A DNA stretch of 64,000 nt from an uncultured virus (IMG/VR IMGVR_UViG_3300020595_000024) (IMGVR_UViG_3300020595_000024); one strand, 5' to 3'; counted from the first letter of the stretch, positions 10,082 through 18,141 are shown. Made by a program: numbers and translations. Notes: generated from the letters alone by a model not told the origin.

Positions 10082-10280
10082 CTCCTACATTAATTATCAT
10101 TATTATAACAACGTATTTGTCATCGCTCTTGTAGCTGTGAGTGTCTAGCTCAAAGTTTCCTGCAGAAGACTCCTGGTTGTATCTGTCCACGAAATGAGCC
10201 ATCTCATCTTCTTTGTCCATTACATCAGCCAACGTGTCAACTGTAAATTTTATTTCAAGTGAATCTGCTGTACTAATCAT
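10068..10280 (-). CDS. Hypothetical protein (70 aa)
   Basis: Overlaps both neighbours in the operon. Confidence 0.55.
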   Translation of the reverse strand: MISTADSLEIKFTVDTLADVMDKEDEMAHFVDRYNQESSAGNFELDTHSYKSDDKYVVIIMIINVGDEEY

Positions 10281-10626
10281 CTTTATCTCTGTTTAAAAAT
10301 TTCTCTCCGTACTCTTCTTCGTATAACTTTTCCCAATCTAGTATATGTGTTTCTTCTAGATCTGTATTACCACAATCTACACAGTAAGCTACAGCTGGGT
10401 TTTCTATATTCTTAACTTTTAGGCTTAAACATGTTTTGCAGTATGTTACTGGAACATTGTCGTAATCTTTCTTTTGACTAATCATTTTTGTTATAATTTT
10501 TAAGTCTCCTATGACTTCTCGGTTGTACTGAGGAAAAGGTCCCAACTTGTTTAGGTTTTCTCTTCTCTCTATTTCTTTTATTATGTATTTTAATTCTTTG
10601 CTCATGACAATTATATTTTTTCCCAT
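10273..10626 (-). CDS. Zn-ribbon protein (CxxC...CxxC)
   Basis: YCKTCLSL and YCVDCGNT. Confidence 0.65.
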   Translation of the reverse strand: MGKNIIVMSKELKYIIKEIERRENLNKLGPFPQYNREVIGDLKIITKMISQKKDYDNVPVTYCKTCLSLKVKNIENPAVAYCVDCGNTDLEETHILDWEKLYEEEYGEKFLNRDKDD

Positions 10627-10850
10627 TTACCTAAAGGGCAGTCTGATGTTTTAGATCTAGCCTTTGCTGATAGTATGCATCCACACTCTAAGCATCTGTT
10701 CTTGTCACTTCTACTTGGACAAGGTCCACATACTTTCATTCTTGCGTCAAACATAGCTTCTACATCGTCTTCGTATAAGCCTACCTTCTTTTTTGCTAGG
10801 TTTGTAAATCCTTCTGCAATCTCTCTGGGTTTAATTATAAATTTTGCCAT
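10611..10850 (-). CDS. Small Cys-rich putative metal-binding protein (79 aa)
   Basis: RMKVCGPCP, CLECGC, CPLGKW; promoter directly upstream. Confidence 0.7.
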   Translation of the reverse strand: MAKFIIKPREIAEGFTNLAKKKVGLYEDDVEAMFDARMKVCGPCPSRSDKNRCLECGCILSAKARSKTSDCPLGKWEKI

Positions 10851-10875
10851 TGTACTGTTCTTGTTTTGTTACAGG

Positions 10876-10907
10876 CAAATATAACTAAAAAAAAGATTGC
10901 CACCAAG
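10876..10907 (-). promoter_or_regulatory. Bacteroidota-type promoter (CTTG-N20-TATATTTG), overlapping a terminator-like hairpin
   Basis: Exact -7 TAnnTTTG match with 20-nt spacing. Confidence 0.6.
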
Positions 10908-10951
10908 GAATTTGGCAACAATCTTTTAAAAAAACTAAAAAAATGAGAATT

Positions 10952-11572
10952 TTATGAGTGTGTTATGATCCAGTCATCTGCATTCATGTCAGATACTGAT
11001 GCTGTCCATCCGAATATTTCGTTGTTAGGATGAACCATACACATCTGGTTAGTCATATCTACGCTAGAATGAGGATCAGCCCTTTCTGTTATAGTTTGCT
11101 TTACTAATGATGGAATAGACATTACCTGATGAAGATGTTTCATAGGAACACTAACTCCATTTGGCTGATATATAAAGTGACCTCCTTTAGATGCCCACTT
11201 AGCTCTGTATGCTGTACCGCCTCTTCTTAGTGCCCAGATAGCGTCTCCAAATGATAATCCATCTAGGACAACTCCTTTGATGTCAACTTCTTCTTCCTCT
11301 TCTTCCGGTTCAAGATTTAATAGTCTCTCTACCATAGAGTCAACTTCTTCTGCAAGCTCTTCAAGGGACTTATCTTGTAGTCCTTTCTTCTTAGGCTTCT
11401 TTGCTACGTCATCTTTGTTGAACTTAGGTTCCATTACATCAGGGTCACTAGGATCTACTAACTCTATAACTACAGGTACACCTGTCTTTAATGTTACGTA
11501 GTTTGCCCAGTAGGTTGCATTCTCAATCTCTTTATCAGTAGACTGGTTGCTAATTTTAATTGTTTTAAACAT
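10952..11572 (-). CDS. DUF2829 / Tad2-like domain protein with an N-terminal extension; likely start MFKTIK at 11572
   Basis: C-terminal LSFGDAIWALRRGGTAYRAKW ... GWTASVSDMNADDWII is the DUF2829 signature. Confidence 0.75.
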   Translation of the reverse strand: MFKTIKISNQSTDKEIENATYWANYVTLKTGVPVVIELVDPSDPDVMEPKFNKDDVAKKPKKKGLQDKSLEELAEEVDSMVERLLNLEPEEEEEEVDIKGVVLDGLSFGDAIWALRRGGTAYRAKWASKGGHFIYQPNGVSVPMKHLHQVMSIPSLVKQTITERADPHSSVDMTNQMCMVHPNNEIFGWTASVSDMNADDWIITHS

Positions 11573-11933
11573 GTTGTTTGTGTGCTTTAGATTATTATTA
11601 GGTGTAAATATAAGAATCTTATTTGGAATGGTAAAGGAAAGTAATGAGAAGTTATCCACATTCTCTCTTGTTCGGGTTTGGCTTTTTTCGGCCCGCACTC
11701 TTGTCGGTCATAGCGGTTCTCGCTCTTAATACTTCTATTCCACTCCGACAAAAGTACTATGTAGGCGAAGTTAGTCTTTTAATTTTTAGGAATCAAGTTT
11801 ATTTGTGGGAATTTATTAACAGGGGTGGGATAAAAAAGAAAAGCCTCGCTCCAGGACGGAACAAGACTTGTCTTATTGTGAAGATATCCGAGCACACGGA
11901 TACTTTAAATAACATGCAAAATATAAACAGGAG

Positions 11934-12083
11934 TTAATTCCAATCAAACTCCAGGGTAACGATAAATAAAAAAACACTTAATGTATTATATGGGTAACTA
12001 TCATCGGCTTTAATATACTCGGTTCCTACTGTGAACCTATCATGTGGCCAATGAAATAATATTTGTACTCTCCAATCATTCAT
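11934..12083 (-). CDS. Small hypothetical protein (49 aa, MNDWRVQILFHWPHDRF...)
   Basis: Read by hand (below the ORF-track cutoff); AT-rich leader. Confidence 0.55.
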   Translation of the reverse strand: MNDWRVQILFHWPHDRFTVGTEYIKADDSYPYNTLSVFLFIVTLEFDWN

Positions 12084-12109
12084 AATAATTATTTTATAGT
12101 AGTTAAAAG

Positions 12110-12375
12110 ATATAAGATTCCCTAAGAAGTTACTACACCTCTTAGATCTAAGTCACCTTAAACCTATTTTAACTCCAGTTATGTAAAGGGTCCGTACTAT
12201 TTAAACCTATCTGGGAGGATTCACCCGCCTTTATTCCCAGTACCCTTATGTTTTACTGAAGTCCTTTTCGAATTTACCGGGGACAACTCTAATCTTTATT
12301 TAAGATCTACAACCCGATGTCTAAGATCCTCCCATCTGGTTCGGATCTGTAATGAGACGGATATCTCATAATTCT
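12110..12375 (-). ncRNA. Candidate structured non-coding RNA or long 5' leader
   Basis: No substantial ORF; starts just after a consensus promoter; several long-range complementary segments. Confidence 0.45.
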
Positions 12376-12379
12376 TTTA

Positions 12380-12411
12380 CAAATATACTCTATTTAATTC
12401 TATACTCCAAA
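12380..12411 (-). promoter_or_regulatory. Consensus Bacteroidota promoter TTTG-N20-TATATTTG
   Basis: Exact match to both consensus elements. Confidence 0.7.
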
Positions 12412-12428
12412 CTTTGCTCTAATACAAA

Positions 12429-12560
12429 CTACGTGTTGAACTTAATCGGTATTCTTTTCACTTTATCGACTGTTCTGTCATCTATGTGAAATAATTGACT
12501 ATAATAGTCTTCTGTTGGGTCAACCTCCGCTTCATATATAATATCTTTCCAGTCTTTCAT
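12429..12560 (-). CDS. Small hypothetical protein (43 aa, MKDWKDIIYEAEVDP...)
   Basis: ATGA overlap with the stop of 12557..12763. Confidence 0.5.
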   Translation of the reverse strand: MKDWKDIIYEAEVDPTEDYYSQLFHIDDRTVDKVKRIPIKFNT

Positions 12561-12763
12561 ATCGCTTCTAGTACATCCTTGAATTCCTCAAGGCTTTCTA
12601 TAAATCCATTGTGTATAACTCCTTGTGGTGTTATAATAACAAATAGTCCTCTCATTAAGTGATCCACTGTTGTGTTAAGTCCAAATCCTGCACTCTTCTT
12701 CCAGATTTCATTCTCTGGATCATATATGAATCCTTTTTCTGCTAATATATCTTTATAACTCAT
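12557..12763 (-). CDS. Hypothetical protein (68 aa)
   Basis: ORF with an A-rich leader. Confidence 0.65.
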   Translation of the reverse strand: MSYKDILAEKGFIYDPENEIWKKSAGFGLNTTVDHLMRGLFVIITPQGVIHNGFIESLEEFKDVLEAI

Positions 12764-12783
12764 TTTTTTCTATATATTAATAG

Positions 12784-13023
12784 CTAAATTGGACATATCC
12801 TATCTATTATGTTGTTTGTTAAACTAAGTGCGACTCCTAATAAGAATGCTTGTCCAAATTTAATTAGTGCACTTCTTCTAGCTTCTCCTCTTCTTTGATC
12901 TATTAGCCACCACAAACCCAGTAACCTCTTTTCTGTCAAGTAGTCTTGCGAAGTAAGGTATCTTCTTTTTACTTTATCTGAGTACCAATAATTATTCCAT
13001 TTTACTTTAAACCATTTCTTCAT
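12784..13023 (-). CDS. Small membrane protein (79 aa), first gene of the leftward block
   Basis: Hydrophobic C-terminal segment; promoter-like CTTG-N20-TATATTGC at 13028-13059. Confidence 0.55.
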   Translation of the reverse strand: MKKWFKVKWNNYWYSDKVKRRYLTSQDYLTEKRLLGLWWLIDQRRGEARRSALIKFGQAFLLGVALSLTNNIIDRICPI

Positions 13024-13513
13024 GGGTGCAATATAAGTAATTAATAAATACCAGGCAAGCTTTTGGGCAATTTTTTTTGAACAAAATTTTTTTTAAAAAA
13101 AAAGTTTTACGCGTACTAAACCGGAATTCAGCCCCACCCGATTTAAAAATTGGGGAGATAGGGTATGGCTTTACGGCATATCAACCTCTTCTCAACGTGT
13201 GTAAGCTTCTTTACGGAGCCTCTACTAGGCAGTGCACGGGCTCAAGTTATGTTAGCTTGATTACTTACTGAGTTTGCGTCTTCTCATCAAAGAAAAAGAC
13301 GCCATTTTCCCTTTGGGGATATATAGTATCTAGGTGTGGTCTAACAATCACCTTACAGCAAGGGAAACATAGCTGTACACACCGTAAGATATATACAATA
13401 ACACAGTGAATCATACTCACTGTGTTGTTGTTTACTTTGTAAACAATTAATAATTAATAGGGTATAAAAATTTAGTATTGTCGCCCTGATTAAAGACAAT
13501 ACGCCATAAGATT

Positions 13514-13972
13514 ATGAATAAATATAATGCACCACATTTCGTAAGTAATCCTAAAACAGGAGAAGTTGTAACTACTTTCGAAGGTAAAGATTCTAAGACA
13601 TACGGTAGAGTACGTCTTGACCAAGTTACAACACAGATTCGCAACAATATGGAGAGTGATGTTCGTAGAACAGCTTTCATTACGCTACAAGAATCTGTAT
13701 TAGAGCGTAGAATGAAGGATGGTTCTCTTGTAGAGTTTGGGCCTTATATCGTTGCAGGTAAAGAGGGTAAGCTTCTTGTTCAAGAGTCTACGACTCCATT
13801 TTATGAGGGTCAAGAGCCTAAAACTGCAGGTAAAGACGGAGACATCATTACACACGGTGGTCAGCCAGTGTATCGTAATACTATCTTTAGTATTGACGAC
13901 AATGCTTCTGATGAGTTATTAGTATCTGATAGCGTTAATGCTACAGTGTCTGCATCAGCAGGTGTAGAGTAA
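13514..13972 (+). CDS. First early gene; hypothetical beta-rich protein (possibly OB-fold/ssDNA-binding)
   Basis: Clear ORF opening the + strand block; the function is a guess from its beta-rich pattern and acidic tail. Confidence 0.7.
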   Translation: MNKYNAPHFVSNPKTGEVVTTFEGKDSKTYGRVRLDQVTTQIRNNMESDVRRTAFITLQESVLERRMKDGSLVEFGPYIVAGKEGKLLVQESTTPFYEGQEPKTAGKDGDIITHGGQPVYRNTIFSIDDNASDELLVSDSVNATVSASAGVE

Positions 13973-14097
13973 TCTACAATTTAGGTTGTGAGTGTTGTTT
14001 GTTGCGTTGATTCGTGTAAGACAATACTCACACCGCCTAAATCAAGCTTAAATGCTTTAAACAAAATTAGGTAGTATTATTACTATCGCTAAATCAG

Positions 14098-14231
14098 TAT
14101 TTAGAGAATGCTCAAGGCTACTTTGATAGACCTTGTGTAAAGACACTTTATGCTAAATAAAATCCCTTTGGGTGCACATAAACAATGCTCACACTTACTT
14201 TGATAAGTCGTGATGTAAATAAATTATGTGC
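14098..14231 (+). ncRNA. Two tandem copies of a structured motif AATGCTCA-stem-ACTTTGAT-stem-TGTAAA
   Basis: Loop sequences are conserved while the stems differ between copies yet remain complementary. Confidence 0.5.
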
Positions 14232-14319
14232 TGTATAATGTCAGCGTTGCTTGGTCACAAATCCAAGATGAGAAAGACAGAGTGTACAAAATTAATACTA
14301 ATCCTTTAAACTCAAAACA

Positions 14320-14553
14320 ATGGATAATGTAACAATTAAATTGGAGAATTACCGCAGTGCTATAAATATCAGCGGTACTTTGTCTGTAGACCAAAGTGTT
14401 GATGTAATTGATATGCTCGTAAGAGATATGTTCAAGAACATTCAATCAGATACTACAAAAAACTATGTTCGTCAACAGCTAATCAGCGGTATAAATCAAG
14501 CCTTTGATTACAGCATATTGACGAATGATTCAAAGCCTTTAGTTAGGCTATAA
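14320..14553 (+). CDS. Hypothetical early protein (77 aa)
   Basis: ORF with A-rich leader TTAAACTCAAAACAATG. Confidence 0.65.
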   Translation: MDNVTIKLENYRSAINISGTLSVDQSVDVIDMLVRDMFKNIQSDTTKNYVRQQLISGINQAFDYSILTNDSKPLVRL

Positions 14554-14666
14554 CTTAATTCTAACCATTAAACTCAACTCAAGATTATGAAAACTTTCTT
14601 AATTAAAGGTAGGCTTTTCTCAGCACTTACATTATCAGATGCATTAATGCAATCAATAGCGTAGTT

Positions 14667-14849
14667 ATGAGAAAGCACTTAAAGCAGTACATATTATTTA
14701 GTATTTGCCTGTTGTTTGTAACAGCAGGCTTAATACTGATACTATCAGTACAACAAGCAGATTGGAAATTCAGTACATTTATCTTCAGTAAACTCATAGG
14801 CCTTGCCTCTTTGTTTATTGGTAAATTCGTATGGAATTTCATTGACTAA
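14667..14849 (+). CDS. Small two-TM membrane protein (60 aa)
   Basis: Two hydrophobic segments. Confidence 0.55.
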   Translation: MRKHLKQYILFSICLLFVTAGLILILSVQQADWKFSTFIFSKLIGLASLFIGKFVWNFID

Positions 14850-15146
14850 CAATACAGGGCTAACGCCCTGTTTATTGTATATAAAAGGATATAAATCTAA
14901 AAAGATTTATTCATCCTATTTGCTTTCAGCAAACCATTAGTGTAGAGACTATGTAGAGCTATATACGGCAGTGCGTAGTAGTACGGCTGTGTGTGGAGCT
15001 TAACGCCAGATCTAATAAGTCTGAAACATTGCGGGGACGTGCAGATAGCATAATTTCCCTTCTTTTTTATTCTTAAATACTCAGTACCAATAAGTACGAA
15101 ACCCATCAGGGAACGTGCAAGTAATAATCATTTAAAACAAAATATA

Positions 15147-15233
15147 ATGGCAAAAGTAAAATCATTTTTATCAAAAGCATACAAATTACTGCAAGAACTA
15201 GGTTCAGGTGCAGGACATGCAATGCGTAACTAA
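15147..15233 (+). CDS. 28-aa peptide MAKVKSFLSKAYKLLQELGSGAGHAMRN
   Basis: Read by hand; A-rich leader, amphipathic pattern, tight spacing to the next gene. Confidence 0.55.
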   Translation: MAKVKSFLSKAYKLLQELGSGAGHAMRN

Positions 15234-15259
15234 TTTATTAATCAATTAAAACTAAACCA

Positions 15260-15982
15260 ATGAAAAAACTAATCATTTTATCAGTAATGGCAGCTTTATC
15301 TTTCTCTCCATGTGAGGGACAGACAGAAGACCAATCAGTAAACTCACAACAAATCAAATCATTTTACGTAACAGCACCAGGTGGTCTATCTCTTAGAGAA
15401 TACAACAACCTTAATAGCACTAAACTAGCTATCATGCCTTACGGAACTAAGATTGACGTTGTTGCGTTAGAATTAAATAACACCATGAACATTAAAGGTG
15501 TTAAAGGTGGTATGCACAAAGTACTATACAATAACAAAGTAGGTTTCGCATTTAGCGGATACTTATCAGAGTTATTCCCACCAGAGAACGGGTCAAGTGC
15601 GAAAGTGTACATCGAAGACCTAAAGTTTAGTCACCCTAATGCAAGTTTTCTATCATGTACCGGTGGTACAGCTAGTCAGCCTACATTAACAGAGACTATA
15701 CTTATTCCTACTAAACAATGGAATGAGGCTTTCCTTATTGCACAGAAGTTATACAACATACCTTCTGAGTTTGGAATGCCGAACCCGAGAGGAAGAAACG
15801 CTCAAACAATACAGAGTAAGTATGCTAGTGATAGTGTAATGAACAGCTTAAGAGTTATGAGACATCAAGACTCTCTTGTTGAGATAGTATACTTCTATGC
15901 AAATGCAACATTTGGGAAGTGTATAATAATAAAAGAACATGGAACTATGATGCAAATCGAATTCTATGAAGTAATTAAGTAA
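15260..15982 (+). CDS. Secreted bacterial SH3 (SH3b)-domain protein (240 aa)
   Basis: Signal peptide MKKLIILSVMAALSF; SH3b-like YVTAPGGLSLRE...MPYGTKIDV...GFAFSGYLS. Confidence 0.75.
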   Translation: MKKLIILSVMAALSFSPCEGQTEDQSVNSQQIKSFYVTAPGGLSLREYNNLNSTKLAIMPYGTKIDVVALELNNTMNIKGVKGGMHKVLYNNKVGFAFSGYLSELFPPENGSSAKVYIEDLKFSHPNASFLSCTGGTASQPTLTETILIPTKQWNEAFLIAQKLYNIPSEFGMPNPRGRNAQTIQSKYASDSVMNSLRVMRHQDSLVEIVYFYANATFGKCIIIKEHGTMMQIEFYEVIK

Positions 15983-16050
15983 TACCAATAGGCACATTCG
16001 TAGGGATATGAGTGTGCCAACTAATTTATTAACTAACTAAAACTAAAATC

Positions 16051-16311
16051 ATGAATACATCAAAATCAGTACTAGTATTTGTATCATTGTATATATTACA
16101 GTGGGCAATGCTAACAGGAATTGTAACATTTGCATCAGGAATAGCATTTAAACAAGCTATGGTTCTGAACCCAGTAGGAGTTTATATGATTCTATTAGGG
16201 TGGGTTGTACCTGTAATAGTAGCATTAGATTACAAGGAGTGGGCCGATAAGAAAGCCTACCAAGCACGAGTAGACCGAGAGTGGGCAAGAACCCTAGAAT
16301 CTTGGAAGTAA
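16051..16311 (+). CDS. Small membrane protein (86 aa)
   Basis: Two hydrophobic segments; typical leader. Confidence 0.65.
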   Translation: MNTSKSVLVFVSLYILQWAMLTGIVTFASGIAFKQAMVLNPVGVYMILLGWVVPVIVALDYKEWADKKAYQARVDREWARTLESWK

Positions 16312-16331
16312 TAACCTTTAATAAATAAACC

Positions 16332-16562
16332 ATGAGTTACAAGACAGAAATGACTAAGACCGAACTGACTATGCACATCAAAACTCTTATGGATAGACTA
16401 GAGGGTGCTAACAGTGTAATATTATTGTTACACAAACAAGTGTCTAGGCTAAAAGCTAATGGAGACGCAAAGCAGATAGAGATTAACAAGATGAGACAAG
16501 CTAAGTGGGAAACCAGAAGGCTTGCTGAAGACTTGCCACCTCAAGACTGCAGTACATTATAA
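16332..16562 (+). CDS. Hypothetical coiled-coil protein (76 aa)
   Basis: ORF with an A-rich leader. Confidence 0.6.
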   Translation: MSYKTEMTKTELTMHIKTLMDRLEGANSVILLLHKQVSRLKANGDAKQIEINKMRQAKWETRRLAEDLPPQDCSTL

Positions 16563-16571
16563 TAATACCAA

Positions 16572-17664
16572 GTTCCTAGCCCTTTGTGGTACACTGTAAA
16601 TAGGACCGACAGCCGATGAGTGTGAGGGCTGTCAAAATATTCAATACACTCGTTAACCTTTTAGGCTACGGGCGATAACCCATGATAACGCGGGTGTATT
16701 GAAAATCTTAAGTTATTTCCTCACATACGAACCCATTGGTTCTAGAGGGAGTAACTACAAGGCTTATCATACCAGGGCGGATTAGCTGATGCTTTAGTGG
16801 AATGATAAGTCATAAATTACTAGTCAATAAAAGCAGTAGTGGCTACCTGCGGATAAATAATGATAAATTGAAGGTGGAATAGTTAGACTATTCGTAAGCC
16901 CGAGTGTATGTAAATGCATACAATAGATTTATAATCGTAGCCTTGACTAGTACCTTATTATTATTATACTTGCATGGAATGAACATGACGATGCTCAGAC
17001 TTGGTGTTTAGTTAACAGCCACAAAACACGCATATCCTACAAGGTAGGAAGTGCAGACTTTTAAGGTCGGTGCAAGTATAATATATTATAACAGCATTAC
17101 GAGTGACAGAGTAATTAACTGTCGGCACGGTGGAAGTCCGATCCTGTAATTATGGTAGATGCATGCTTTAATGCAGGAAAATAGCTGTTTATTATACTCC
17201 CCATTCGATGAACAATAATGTTCTAGGGGAGAATTGTACTTTTGTGAATTAACAGAATGCCTGGAACCCATCGTGGTGTAAAGGTCGTAAGGTTGGGATA
17301 CCCTACAAAAGTATATTATTAACGAATGGGAATATGATTAAGCTTGTTGCCCATCCAAGCGTATGAAAATATAATATAGGTACCTCTAGCACCTACGGGT
17401 AGTGAGGAGGGCGGTTGAACTGATAAACTAGACACCGATGAGTCTAACTATCTTACCTTAAGCAGGGAATAAGCTGATTTGTGAGACAGAATTGACCCAC
17501 TGTACGCAGAGTGCAATATGAAAGTTTGGTCGACCATGTTGTGAATGATTTGCTAGTTTAATATAAACTAGGCCCGTCAACCGGGGAAACGGTAATGTAA
17601 GTGGCACGATTACTTACAAGGCAGGATTAATTGCGGGGCTCATTAGTGGGCTCCCTTCCTGTTT
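16572..17664 (+). ncRNA. Candidate array of structured non-coding RNA modules (or one large ncRNA)
   Basis: About 1.1 kb without a credible ORF; ten or more consecutive stem-closed domains with G-U pairs on the + strand. Confidence 0.6.
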
Positions 17665-17698
17665 TATAAAATTAATATTAACCAATTAAACTTAAAGA

Positions 17699-17923
17699 AT
17701 GGAATTTACAATAACAAGATTTACAGAAGGAGAAGAAGTAGAAAGCTTAAGAATGGAAGATCTAACACTAGTTGACGCTGTAGATGAGCTACTATTCTAT
17801 CAAGTAATATCAAACAAATTTACAGAGAACAAGTTGTTCACTTACCTAAGAGGAATCAAGGTAGGATCAACAGTTAAACAGGGTAAGTCCTATCAACAAA
17901 TAAGAATCACTAAAACTAAATAA
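17699..17923 (+). CDS. Hypothetical protein (74 aa)
   Basis: ORF with the recurrent ATTAACCAATTAAAC leader. Confidence 0.65.
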   Translation: MEFTITRFTEGEEVESLRMEDLTLVDAVDELLFYQVISNKFTENKLFTYLRGIKVGSTVKQGKSYQQIRITKTK

Positions 17924-17924
17924 G

Positions 17925-18140
17925 ATGACAAAAGCAGAAAGAAAAGAGCTATTTAAGTTTAGCGAATTAGAATCATCAATAATAGAAGACGCAGTATATC
18001 TTCACGTACATGATTTACAAGAAAGCTTAAAAAAGAAGGAGACCGAAGGAGGAGGAAGACGACTGCTTATGACACCAGAGTACCTTAAACAAGTTGAAGA
18101 CAATATAATTCTGAAACTACGAAACTTTTCAAGAGAATAG
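17925..18140 (+). CDS. Hypothetical protein (71 aa)
   Basis: 1-nt spacing in the operon. Confidence 0.65.
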   Translation: MTKAERKELFKFSELESSIIEDAVYLHVHDLQESLKKKETEGGGRRLLMTPEYLKQVEDNIILKLRNFSRE

Positions 18141-18141
18141 T

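Noticed and set aside
11652..11660. DnaA box as proof of an oriC-like origin
   Set aside because: Only one perfect box was noticed and no cluster; this is compatible with chance in 64 kb of AT-rich DNA.
15000..15110. Hammerhead ribozyme (stem followed by GAAAC; a similar stem-GAAA near 23355-23372)
   Set aside because: The required CUGAnGA core is missing upstream of the stems.
16572..17664. CRISPR array, tmRNA or canonical tRNA cluster as the explanation for the non-coding block
   Set aside because: No identical direct repeats with spacers, no tmRNA-type ends, and no complete cloverleaf found by eye.
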